A stretch of 47,409 nt of DNA from a virus: IMG/VR virus record IMGVR_UViG_3300029736_000011; one strand, written 5' to 3'. The position numbers and the translations under genes are program-made. The notes beneath the pieces were generated by a model. It made no database searches. It saw only the letters and a program-made list of their open reading frames with translations, and had not been told where the DNA came from. Below are positions 35,976 to 43,753 of this stretch, in pieces. Position 1 is the stretch's first letter; each line of letters starts with the position of its first letter.

Positions 35976-36439
35976 GCCTACGAGAAGCCCTCGCAGGCGG
36001 CGGGGGGCTGCTCCTGCTGCTCCTGACGCTGGTGGAGATCGCCCCCATCAAGGTCAACCCCTGGTCTGCCCTGGCGAAAGCCCTTGGGAGGGCCATCAAC
36101 GCCGACGTGCTGAAGGAGCTGGGGGCCGTGAAGCAGGGGCTGGCCGACCACATCCGCATGGACGATGAGCGCAACGCCGACGAGCACCGGGCCAGAATCC
36201 TCCGGTTCAACAATGAACTGCTCCGGGACATCCCCCACACGAAGGAGGAATTCATCAACATCCTGGCCGACATCGACTTCTATGAGCGGTATTGCGATGA
36301 GCACAAGGGCTACAAAAACAACCGGGCCTCCCACGCCATCGCCAATATCAGCAGGGTGTACGATGACCGGCTCCGGGAGCACGACTTCCTGGCTTCCTCA
36401 TCCAACGAACGAGACACCGAAGACACACTCGACACATGA
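35972..36439 (+). CDS. Hypothetical membrane-anchored protein of the lysis region
   Basis: 155 aa from ATG 35972. N-terminal hydrophobic helix GGGGLLLLLLTLVEIAPI. Confidence 0.5.
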   Translation: MSLREALAGGGGLLLLLLTLVEIAPIKVNPWSALAKALGRAINADVLKELGAVKQGLADHIRMDDERNADEHRARILRFNNELLRDIPHTKEEFINILADIDFYERYCDEHKGYKNNRASHAIANISRVYDDRLREHDFLASSSNERDTEDTLDT

Positions 36440-36454
36440 GAAAGGAGAAGCACC

Positions 36455-36826
36455 ATGACCTTTGACATCACCCCCATCATCGAGGCGGTAGCCGCCCTCA
36501 TTGCGGCCCTGATCGCCGCCGTCGTCGTCCCCTACATCAAGAGCAAGACCACCGCCCAGCAGCAGGCGGAGATCAACGCCTGGGTGAAGATCGCCGTGGC
36601 CGCAGCGGAGCAGATCTACACCGGCTCCGGGCGGGGGCAGGAGAAGAAAGCCTACGTCCTGGACTGGCTCCGGCAGCACGGGATCACCGTGGATGAAGCC
36701 AAGCTGGACGCCCTCATCGAGGCCGCAGTCTACGAGCTGAACAACAGCGGCATCATTCCCGTGATCAGCATCCAGGACGCAGCCGGAACCGAGGTGACCG
36801 CCGATGGGGAGGAAGCGAAAGCGTAG
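36455..36826 (+). CDS. Holin, LL-H-like family
   Basis: N-terminal TM helix IIEAVAALIAALIAAVVVPYI, then AAAEQIY...GQEKKAYVLDWL...LIEAAVYELN. Confidence 0.7.
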   Translation: MTFDITPIIEAVAALIAALIAAVVVPYIKSKTTAQQQAEINAWVKIAVAAAEQIYTGSGRGQEKKAYVLDWLRQHGITVDEAKLDALIEAAVYELNNSGIIPVISIQDAAGTEVTADGEEAKA

Positions 36827-37094
36827 CAAGGCAGCGTCCCCCGTGAAGTTTTCCAAAAAGGTGGTCGTCGCCATCCTGGCGGAGGTGACCGTCTTCACGG
36901 TGGCCATGGTCGCGGTCTACATGAAAACCGGGGGGACGCCGGACACCCTCATCGTCTCCTTCTTCTCCTTCATCGGAGGGGAGGCCGGAGTGCTCGGCCT
37001 GATCCGATACGGAGATTCCAAGTACCCGAAGCAGGACGCAAACACCAGCACCGCCGACGGGGCCTCCACCGGCTCCGACGGCGGCGTCGGATAA
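36804..37094 (+). CDS. Small two-TM membrane protein (holin/antiholin-like)
   Basis: GAGGTGA RBS. Basic N-terminus and two hydrophobic helices. Confidence 0.5.
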   Translation: MGRKRKRSKAASPVKFSKKVVVAILAEVTVFTVAMVAVYMKTGGTPDTLIVSFFSFIGGEAGVLGLIRYGDSKYPKQDANTSTADGASTGSDGGVG

Positions 37095-37110
37095 AGAAAG
37101 GACACCTACC

Positions 37111-38052
37111 ATGAGCAACAGCAAGCTGGCGAGCGTTACCCTGATCTCGCCCAACAAAAACAGCCCCAGGAACAAGCCTATCGACCGGATCAGCATCCAC
37201 TGCTTCGTGGGCCAGGTGACGGCCAAGCGAGGCTGCGAGGTCTTCCAGCCCACCAGCAAAAAGGCCTCCTGCAACTACGTCGTGGGATACGACGGCAGCA
37301 TCGGCCTGTGCGTCGACGAGGGGGATCGGAGCTGGTGCACCTCCAGCGCCGCCAACGACCACCGGGCCGTAACCATTGAGACCGCCTCCGACAACGAAGA
37401 CCCCTACGCCGTGACCGACAAGGCCTACGCCGCCCTGCTGGATTTGGTGGAGGACATCTGCCGCCGGAATGGGAAGACGAAGCTGCTCTGGCTCGGAGAC
37501 AAGGACAAGACCCTGGCCTTCAAACCGGCGGCAGACGAAATGGTGCTCACCGTCCACCGCTGGTTTGCCAAAAAGGCCTGCCCCGGTCAGTACCTCCTCG
37601 ACCGGCACCCGGAGATCGCAGCGGAGGTGACCCGGCGGCTGGGTGGCGGCTCCCAGACCTCCGGCTCCGGCACCGCCCAGGCCACGGACAACCTCTACCG
37701 GGTGCGGAAGACCTGGGCGGACGCCAAGTCCCAGGTGGGGGCTTACAAGAGCCTGACCAACGCCAAGAGGGCGGTGGACAGCCACCCCGGCTACGCAGCT
37801 TTTGACGGCACCGGCAAGCAGGTCTACCCGGAGCCGGAGTCCAGCTTCGAGCCGTACCAGGTGCAGGTCACCACGGCCAACCTCCGCATCCGCACCGGCC
37901 CCGGCACCAACTACGCCGCCACCGGCGGCTTCACCGGAGCTGGCGTTTTCACCATCGTGGAGGAAAGCCCCGGCACCGGCAGCACCGCCGGATGGGGCAA
38001 GCTCAAGAGCGGAGCCGGGTGGATCAGCCTGGACTACGCCAAGAAAATCTGA
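37111..38052 (+). CDS. Endolysin: N-acetylmuramoyl-L-alanine amidase (Amidase_2/PGRP) with a C-terminal SH3-like wall-binding region
   Basis: RISIHCFVGQ...CNYVVGYDG...TIETASD...VHRWF..KACPG fits the amidase. The C-terminus has YRV...W and GWGKLKSGAGWISLDY, an SH3b-like pattern. Confidence 0.85.
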   Translation: MSNSKLASVTLISPNKNSPRNKPIDRISIHCFVGQVTAKRGCEVFQPTSKKASCNYVVGYDGSIGLCVDEGDRSWCTSSAANDHRAVTIETASDNEDPYAVTDKAYAALLDLVEDICRRNGKTKLLWLGDKDKTLAFKPAADEMVLTVHRWFAKKACPGQYLLDRHPEIAAEVTRRLGGGSQTSGSGTAQATDNLYRVRKTWADAKSQVGAYKSLTNAKRAVDSHPGYAAFDGTGKQVYPEPESSFEPYQVQVTTANLRIRTGPGTNYAATGGFTGAGVFTIVEESPGTGSTAGWGKLKSGAGWISLDYAKKI

Positions 38053-38057
38053 ACAAA

Positions 38058-38098
38058 GGCCTCCTCGCGCTTCGGATACCCTCATGCGCGAGGGGGCC
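38058..38098. terminator. Stem-loop between the convergent late (+) and accessory (-) transcription units
   Basis: 13-bp GC-rich stem GGCCTCCTCGCGC/GCGCGAGGGGGCC with one G.T pair and a 15-nt loop. The flanks are only weakly T-rich on both strands. Confidence 0.55.
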
Positions 38099-38193
38099 GC
38101 TTTACATTGGCCCCTGCTGGCCCCTGTGCGGCCCCGTGTGGGCCTTTTGCGTCCGGGGGCATAAAGAGACACCCCCACCGCCCTATGGCCGTC

Positions 38194-38212
38194 TTTTTTC
38201 CAATGGAAAAAA
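38194..38212. repeat. Palindrome TTTTTTCCAATGGAAAAAA (copy 2 of 2)
   Basis: Perfect 9-bp arms around a central A, in intergenic sequence. The partner lies at 8900-8917. Confidence 0.8.
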
Positions 38213-38312
38213 GCCAGAGGGCAGCGAGGGCGGCAGACCGTGGGCAAGGGCAAAAAGAAGGAGCGGCCAGCGACCCCGTGTGGAGCCGCAGCCGCTCACC
38301 TGCTCCGCCCCT

Positions 38313-38519
38313 TCAATAGAGGCTGATCGTGAACCCGTTGCGCTTCAGATAGGCCTCCGCCTGGGCCTCCTGGGTGAAGGTGCGGGACTTTTTCTTCTGC
38401 CGATCCCTTCCCAGCACCACCGTGTCCCCTATGCCCTTGATGACCCACTGGGTCTTCCCGTTCTTCTGCACCAGGTTAAAGTAGACCATCTCGCCGTTCA
38501 CATTTGCCAGCTTCGCCAT
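38313..38519 (-). CDS. Hypothetical protein (accessory operon gene 6)
   Basis: AAGGAGG RBS 8 nt upstream. 68 aa. No family recognised. Confidence 0.6.
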   Translation of the reverse strand: MAKLANVNGEMVYFNLVQKNGKTQWVIKGIGDTVVLGRDRQKKKSRTFTQEAQAEAYLKRNGFTISLY

Positions 38520-38522
38520 TGT

Positions 38523-38804
38523 TCATGCCTCCTTGCTCACTACGCCGTCACAATACAGACCGCCGTCCCGCCTCGCATGAGCCATGCACCGAAGGAAGGT
38601 GTCCATCAAATCGGCGAAAGGCTCATCCTCCATGTAGTACTCCAGCTTATCAGCATCATCCGGTTCGACGGAGAGGTCGCCATATTCAATGTCGCCGTCC
38701 GCGATGCCCAGGGCCAGCCAGCCGTTCAGGAGAGACTCGTCGTTCACATTCCGTGCGATGAATTCCATCGCCTTTAACATTTTGATGCGTTCAGTAGCGT
38801 CCAC
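38523..38804 (-). CDS. Hypothetical highly acidic protein (accessory operon gene 5)
   Basis: GTG start with a GAGGAGG RBS. 93 aa, rich in D/E (DGDIEYGDLSVEPDDADKLEYYMEDEPFADLMD). Confidence 0.6.
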   Translation of the reverse strand: MDATERIKMLKAMEFIARNVNDESLLNGWLALGIADGDIEYGDLSVEPDDADKLEYYMEDEPFADLMDTFLRCMAHARRDGGLYCDGVVSKEA

Positions 38805-38807
38805 TTT

Positions 38808-39002
38808 TCAGACCTCCTCGATGAAGACCGTCATGCCCTTGTTCCAGGGGTCGGTCTTGTATTCCTTTTCCCACCGGGCCTTGCAGGCCTCGGCATCCTC
38901 ACGGCGGACGAAGCCGCCCAGCAAGCCGCCGTTGGAGTTCCGAACATAGAATCGGCACCCGATCTGCTGGCCATAGGCTATGGCCTGAGATTTATTCATC
39001 AT
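38808..39002 (-). CDS. Hypothetical protein (accessory operon gene 4)
   Basis: The start was trimmed to the ATGATG at 39002 behind a GAGGGAGGG RBS. 64 aa. Confidence 0.55.
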   Translation of the reverse strand: MMNKSQAIAYGQQIGCRFYVRNSNGGLLGGFVRREDAEACKARWEKEYKTDPWNKGMTVFIEEV

Positions 39003-39016
39003 TTCAAAGCCCTCCC

Positions 39017-39370
39017 TCAATAAGTACGGTGTGCGCTGCAGGCCATCGCATGGATTGCAGAGGCGATGCAGCCCTCGACCGTTGGCCCGTCTTCCCAGTG
39101 ATTGGGGCCAACGAAGCGGTAGACCTTGGAGCCATTCGGAATAACGCCCAGCACCGTGACCTTGCCGCTTTCCTCGTCTTCCAGGACTTCCACCGTGAAA
39201 GCGTCCTTTTCGCCGATGTAGTCCAGGTACCCCCAGCCGATCCGGGCAACGCCCTTCGTGATTGAGCGGATGCCCCAAGACCAATTCGGATCAGCCTGCC
39301 GTTCGCGGGCCACCGCCGCCTTGATGACTTCCCGATAGCCCCGAATATCAAGAGTTTTCATGCCTTCCAT
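39017..39370 (-). CDS. Hypothetical protein (accessory operon gene 3)
   Basis: GAAGGAGG RBS. 117 aa. No family recognised. Confidence 0.6.
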   Translation of the reverse strand: MEGMKTLDIRGYREVIKAAVARERQADPNWSWGIRSITKGVARIGWGYLDYIGEKDAFTVEVLEDEESGKVTVLGVIPNGSKVYRFVGPNHWEDGPTVEGCIASAIHAMACSAHRTY

Positions 39371-39373
39371 CGT

Positions 39374-39730
39374 TCACGCCTCCTTCACCTTGAAGCATTC
39401 AGGGAATGCAAGGGAGATTTCGCGGGCCACCATCTGGGCCTCCGTGTATGCCCCGATGACCTTATCAATTTCTTGGACATCCAGAGCGCCCCAGGAGGTT
39501 GTCTGAATCCTGATGCTCTGGACGGCCTCGCCATAGCTGGCACCCACATAGATCTCCGGAGAGTAGGAATCCGGATGAGCCGGAGTCACGGTGATATCCA
39601 GGCCACCAGGCATATAGGACGCATCCGCCACGGCGATACGGTAACTACCCAGCTCATACAGAACCCGCATTTCAGACCCGGCCTGCTGCCGCTTGATTTC
39701 GCTCCACTTTTCGATGATTTTCATTTTCAT
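39374..39730 (-). CDS. Hypothetical protein (accessory operon gene 2)
   Basis: 118 aa. The RBS GAAGGAGGG sits 1 nt from the first ATG, so the second ATG at 39724 may be the real start. Confidence 0.6.
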   Translation of the reverse strand: MKMKIIEKWSEIKRQQAGSEMRVLYELGSYRIAVADASYMPGGLDITVTPAHPDSYSPEIYVGASYGEAVQSIRIQTTSWGALDVQEIDKVIGAYTEAQMVAREISLAFPECFKVKEA

Positions 39731-39738
39731 TCCCTCCT

Positions 39739-40053
39739 TCAGAATTCATACCCGGCACACCGGGTGGTTTCTACGATGGCATTGTAGGTGCGCTTGCCGA
39801 CGGTATCGTGCCAGCGGGACTTATAGGGGCGGCGGCCATCCTTGGAGTAGGACACCTGGCAGATGCCGGAGTTCTGATTCACGAAAACCTCAACCTTAAA
39901 GGTGCTTGTCACCTTTCCGTAGAAAGCGACCTCGGTATCCATGGACCACTCACGCTGGAGGATCAAGCCGTTACAATTGGCCATCACTTCGGAGCGGATC
40001 GGCTGCTCGGTGAACCCGGCATCCCTCAACATATCGACCAGAACCTTCTTCAT
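39739..40053 (-). CDS. Hypothetical protein (accessory operon gene 1)
   Basis: AAGGGGGA RBS. 104 aa. No family recognised. Confidence 0.6.
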   Translation of the reverse strand: MKKVLVDMLRDAGFTEQPIRSEVMANCNGLILQREWSMDTEVAFYGKVTSTFKVEVFVNQNSGICQVSYSKDGRRPYKSRWHDTVGKRTYNAIVETTRCAGYEF

Positions 40054-40083
40054 TTTCGTTTCCCCCTTCTTTATTGTGTCTGT

Positions 40084-40112
40084 ATATTACCACACAAATG
40101 TCTGGTTTACAA
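40084..40112 (-). promoter_or_regulatory. Sigma70-type promoter for the accessory operon
   Basis: On the minus strand: TTGTAA, 17 nt, TAATAT, with an upstream TG (TGGTAATAT, extended -10). Confidence 0.55.
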
Positions 40113-40162
40113 GGGGCTAACTTTCACAAATAACAATACAGAGGTATGGTGATAATGACGGA

Positions 40163-40191
40163 TTGACGATACCATGCACACGCATTATAAT
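40163..40191 (+). promoter_or_regulatory. Sigma70-type promoter for the small XRE gene
   Basis: TTGACG (40163-40168), 17 nt, TATAAT (40186-40191). Confidence 0.65.
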
Positions 40192-40216
40192 GGAGCATAC
40201 AAAGGAGGCTGACACC

Positions 40217-40456
40217 ATGAGAAGAATGACCATGAGGGAGGACATGACCCCCATCGATAAGAAGTGCATCGAGCAGGGCATCACCAGGACGGAACTCAGT
40301 CGGAGAAGCGGCGTCCCCATTCGGACACTCGAAGCATGGGGCAAGAGAATCCGCATCCCAAGAGATGTCTATGTCCTTCAGAAGGTAGCCCAGGCGCTCA
40401 ACTGCAGCATCGAGGAAATCATCGAGCCGGAGCCGAAGCAAGTGGACAGCAAGTGA
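40217..40456 (+). CDS. XRE-family HTH transcriptional regulator
   Basis: AAAGGAGG RBS and ATG 40217, 79 aa. ITRTELSRRSGVPIRTLEAWGKR is a helix-turn-helix. Confidence 0.7.
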   Translation: MRRMTMREDMTPIDKKCIEQGITRTELSRRSGVPIRTLEAWGKRIRIPRDVYVLQKVAQALNCSIEEIIEPEPKQVDSK

Positions 40457-40565
40457 GATAACACGCACGAATACACGAAAAACGCACGTAAGGGCAAAAA
40501 GGGAACCCCCGTGCGTTTCTTTACGATCATCTATGCAGTTATACGCAAGTTGCCAGCAAATAAGA

Positions 40566-40595
40566 AAGGCCACCCAGATGGAGCTGGGTGGCCTT
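40566..40595 (-). terminator. Rho-independent terminator downstream of the recombinase gene
   Basis: 12-bp stem AAGGCCACCCAG/CTGGGTGGCCTT with a 6-nt loop. The minus-strand reading is followed by TCTTATTT. Confidence 0.7.
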
Positions 40596-40600
40596 GATCT

Positions 40601-42214
40601 CTACCGCCTTTCATGGAGCGGCAATGCCAGGATGAACACCGGGCCGACGAAGTAGATCTCCGTCCCAGGTTCGCCTGGCTCCCCTTTGGTGGAGGCAGGG
40701 GGAGCTAATACGAACCGCCCCTCCGCCCCGGCAACGGCCTCGGCATCCGCGACAAGCTCCATGTCGACCTCCGACCCCTTCCCGGAGTAGTTGAACGCCA
40801 CCTGGAGCCTATCGTCCCACAGATATACCGAATTCACAAAGGAATCAATGACCCTCCGCCTGAAAGCAGCATCCTCCAGATCACCGCCCCGGAACTTTTC
40901 AAACCAATAAACCACGAAGTCCCGCTCGATGTGCGTCTGGGCAGCCTCCTCCAGGGTGATGGCGTCCCGGAGCCGGGAGGACTCCGCCTCAAGTTCCACC
41001 AGCCGCCCCTTTGTTGTCGTGGTGATGATCCCGGCCTCGATGGCCCTCATGAGGTTTGCCGTGGATCTCTGGTTTTCGGAGAGCTGATCCCGCAGGCCAA
41101 GCAGAACGGCGGAGTTTGCCTCCCGCTCCTGGTAGGCCATGACCGCATCCGCCATCCACTCGATGACCTCCGGCTTCAACACATAGTCCAGGGTAGCCTG
41201 CACCACCACCCGCTCCAGCCAATCCCGCCCCACATTGGCCTTTGAGCAGCAGTGCTCCGTCCGGCGCTTTTGGCAGACATAGTAGTGGTGCAAAGCGCCG
41301 GAGCGGGCCGTGCCGGACACGCCAACCATTGGAGCGCCGCACAGGCCACAGAACAGCTTCCCAGTGAGCATATACTCTCCGTTTTCCCGATGCCGCCCCT
41401 GGGGATTTTTCTTGTTCTTCAGGCGCTCGCCCACCGCCAGGAACAGCGCCCGGTCGATGACCGGAGGGACGCCATCCTCAACCCGGACATCCCCAAAACG
41501 ATAAACCCCAACATAGGTCTCGTTCGTCAGCAGACGGTGGAAGCTATTCCTTCCCCAGAGACCGCCCCTCTTCGTTCGGATGCCCCGGCCATTCAAGTCG
41601 TTGGAAATCTCGACGAACGGGACGCCGTCTGCAACCTTGCGGAAGATTTCACGCACCACCTCCGCTTCCCCAGGATCAACGGCAAAGCGACCGTCCTCGC
41701 CCTTGCGGTACCCGAACGGGATGGAGCCGCTATTCACCTTGCAATTCATGGCATTATACCTCATCCCCCGCCGGATATTTTGCGACAGATTGGCGGAGTA
41801 ATACTCTGCGGAGCCTTCCAGGACGGACTCCAGCAAAATGCCCTCCGGGCCGTCTGGTATGGATTCCTTTGCATACAGAACCCGGACGCCGCACCGCTTC
41901 AGCCTGAACTTATAGGTGGCGGAGTCGTATCGGTTGCGGGCAAAGCGGTCAATCTTCCAGACAATCAGGTAGGCCCAGCGCCGATGAGCGGCATCCCGCA
42001 GCATCGTCTGAAACTGGGGCCGCTTATCCGTCATGCCGGAGAGCGCCCGGTCGGCGTAGACCTTTACCACCCGGAGGCCCAGGGAGCTGGCATAGGCCTC
42101 GCAGTCGGCTACCTGCTGCTCGATGGATACATCCCGCTGATTATGGGAGGAATAGCGGGCATAGATGACGCAGTCGCCATGGCAGCGGTCAATAGACAAA
42201 TCAAGCTCCATCAT
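40601..42214 (-). CDS. int: Large serine recombinase (integrase)
   Basis: 537 aa. VIYARYSSHNQ (catalytic Ser region), ...VWKIDRFARN, a recombinase domain, and the zinc-ribbon CGLCGAPM...YYVCQ. Confidence 0.92.
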   Translation of the reverse strand: MMELDLSIDRCHGDCVIYARYSSHNQRDVSIEQQVADCEAYASSLGLRVVKVYADRALSGMTDKRPQFQTMLRDAAHRRWAYLIVWKIDRFARNRYDSATYKFRLKRCGVRVLYAKESIPDGPEGILLESVLEGSAEYYSANLSQNIRRGMRYNAMNCKVNSGSIPFGYRKGEDGRFAVDPGEAEVVREIFRKVADGVPFVEISNDLNGRGIRTKRGGLWGRNSFHRLLTNETYVGVYRFGDVRVEDGVPPVIDRALFLAVGERLKNKKNPQGRHRENGEYMLTGKLFCGLCGAPMVGVSGTARSGALHHYYVCQKRRTEHCCSKANVGRDWLERVVVQATLDYVLKPEVIEWMADAVMAYQEREANSAVLLGLRDQLSENQRSTANLMRAIEAGIITTTTKGRLVELEAESSRLRDAITLEEAAQTHIERDFVVYWFEKFRGGDLEDAAFRRRVIDSFVNSVYLWDDRLQVAFNYSGKGSEVDMELVADAEAVAGAEGRFVLAPPASTKGEPGEPGTEIYFVGPVFILALPLHERR

Positions 42215-42606
42215 CGGTCACCATGCGCCCAAACGACCTTGCAGCGGGAAACCGGCCTCGCCTCTGAGAGAGGCTTGCGGCTTGGTGCCGGAGCCGGGCT
42301 TCTTCCCCATTCGCACCTTTGGCAGCGATGAAGCCCACGACGAACCGCCTCACTTTCAGGGATCGGAACAGCGCCACCATTGACTCCAAATGTGGTGCCG
42401 AGGCAATGATCCATGGAATGATATACCTTAGAGCGTGGGCCAATCCAAACCGTATCCGGCATAAAGATCTCGTGGGCTGAATTTTCCTTGTAGCCCATTT
42501 GGAGCATCTCCAGCTGGGCAGGAGAGTACTCCGTCCTGCAATGCGGCTGAAACCCAGGCTTCGTGCCGCCCTCAAAAGTGGAAAAAATCTTAGATAGAAA
42601 TCCCAT
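42211..42606 (-). CDS. Hypothetical protein with a YHxxxxC...CxxC (Ada-like Zn) motif, translationally coupled to int
   Basis: The stop overlaps the int start (ATGA). Contains VYHSMDHC...EAVRRGLHRCQRC. The start was set to the ATG 5 nt after AAGGAGG. Confidence 0.55.
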   Translation of the reverse strand: MGFLSKIFSTFEGGTKPGFQPHCRTEYSPAQLEMLQMGYKENSAHEIFMPDTVWIGPRSKVYHSMDHCLGTTFGVNGGAVPIPESEAVRRGLHRCQRCEWGRSPAPAPSRKPLSEARPVSRCKVVWAHGDR

Positions 42607-42630
42607 CATAACCTCCTTAACAACATACAA

Positions 42631-42665
42631 GGGGAACCAGCCACGGCGGCTGGTTCCCCTTTTTT
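42631..42665. terminator. Strong GC stem-loop with a T6 tail on the + strand, between the repressor and the Zn-protein/int genes
   Basis: GGGGAACCAGCC / GGCTGGTTCCCC, followed by TTTTTT. The orientation relative to the flanking minus-strand genes is unusual. Confidence 0.55.
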
Positions 42666-42725
42666 GGCTTCAGCGGGAGAACCCTTCACCATACCATATT
42701 TTTTTATGATGGAGAAGCCGCCAGA

Positions 42726-43214
42726 CTAAGATACTTCGGATGCGCCCCCGGCTTCTTTTTCAATGCCCAACTGGCGGTCGAGTTCGGCATGAAGATCCTC
42801 GGCGGACGGAGAGTGGCCTGGTAAGGCCGGAGAACCGGGCTCCACATCGCCAAAACCCTCCACGACCTCCCGGAGGAAATTCATGATGGTGCGTTGCGAA
42901 GACTCCGGAAGGCCGACCAGCTTCTCGATGAAGACATAGGTCTCGTGCGTCATTTGCGGGTACCTGGCAGCAAGAGCATCAAGCTCAGATGTCGGGGACG
43001 GGAGAAACATTTCCCCCTCTCCGGTTCGGAGCCAGTTCTCGTTGACGCCAAACTCCTTACATATCAGAGAGATCACCTGGCTCGACGGAGCACGACGCCC
43101 AGTTTCATATCCAGTTATCGTATTTTGGACAGAGCCGATTCGAGCGGCAAATTCCTGCTGAGTTAGGTCAAGAGACCTTCGGAGCTTTTTAATGCGCTCG
43201 TTCAAGAAAGACAC
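42726..43214 (-). CDS. CI-like repressor (XRE-family HTH)
   Basis: NERIKKLRRSLDLTQQEFAARIGSVQNTITGYETGRRAPSSQVISLICKEFGVNENWLRTGEGEMF. The start may instead be TTG 43205. Confidence 0.8.
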   Translation of the reverse strand: MSFLNERIKKLRRSLDLTQQEFAARIGSVQNTITGYETGRRAPSSQVISLICKEFGVNENWLRTGEGEMFLPSPTSELDALAARYPQMTHETYVFIEKLVGLPESSQRTIMNFLREVVEGFGDVEPGSPALPGHSPSAEDLHAELDRQLGIEKEAGGASEVS

Positions 43215-43233
43215 CCCCTTAAATTACACGCTT

Positions 43234-43262
43234 ATATTACCACAGCGAAAGCGCGAAGTCAA
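43234..43262 (-). promoter_or_regulatory. Sigma70-type promoter for the repressor gene
   Basis: On the minus strand: TTGACT, 17 nt, TAATAT, preceded by TGTGG (extended -10). Confidence 0.55.
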
Positions 43263-43291
43263 CAAAAAACCGCGCTGGTAACAAAAACTCA

Positions 43292-43320
43292 TTGACAAAC
43301 ACCGCGATGCGGTTTATACT
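43292..43320 (+). promoter_or_regulatory. Sigma70-type early rightward promoter
   Basis: TTGACA (43292-43297), 17 nt, TATACT (43315-43320). Confidence 0.65.
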
Positions 43321-43352
43321 TATCGCAGAGACAACAAAAGGAGGTGAACACA

Positions 43353-43565
43353 ATGAAAAGCGAAAAGGCCTACACCGCTGCCCAGCTGGACAACGCAGAC
43401 CGGACGATGGCGTTTCTTGCGACCCTGCCTGAGAGCTGCCGCTCCATGGCCATCGCCATGGCAAACGCCTTTATCGCCGGGATGGAGGCGCAGGCGCGAA
43501 TCGACGCCACCCAGGCGGAGCCGAACCAGACCGCCGACCGAGGCTTGCAGGGGGGACACCGATGA
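43353..43565 (+). CDS. Hypothetical first early protein (Cro position)
   Basis: AAGGAGGTGA RBS. 70 aa. No clear HTH recognised. Confidence 0.5.
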   Translation: MKSEKAYTAAQLDNADRTMAFLATLPESCRSMAIAMANAFIAGMEAQARIDATQAEPNQTADRGLQGGHR

Positions 43566-43753
43566 GACCTAAGCCAAAGGTGCTGGCCACCGCCAGCGGC
43601 GGCATTGATACCAGGTCGATTCCTCAGCACATTAAAGAGAACCTGGCACAAGCCGCCTTTCGGAGCATCCTCCAGGCCTACAACGACCCGTTGGTGCGCT
43701 CGGATTACGAGCGATGGAAAGCAGGGCGTGGCTCCGAAAGAATGAATGCGTGA
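43562..43753 (+). CDS. Hypothetical protein
   Basis: 63 aa. Overlapping start and stop codons with both neighbours. Confidence 0.5.
   Translation: MRPKPKVLATASGGIDTRSIPQHIKENLAQAAFRSILQAYNDPLVRSDYERWKAGRGSERMNA

Noticed and set aside
36970-38253. 427-aa minus-strand ORF antisense to the endolysin
   Set aside because: This is an antisense artefact. The + strand encodes a clear amidase. The FFHWKK segment at its start merely reflects the palindrome at 38194-38212.
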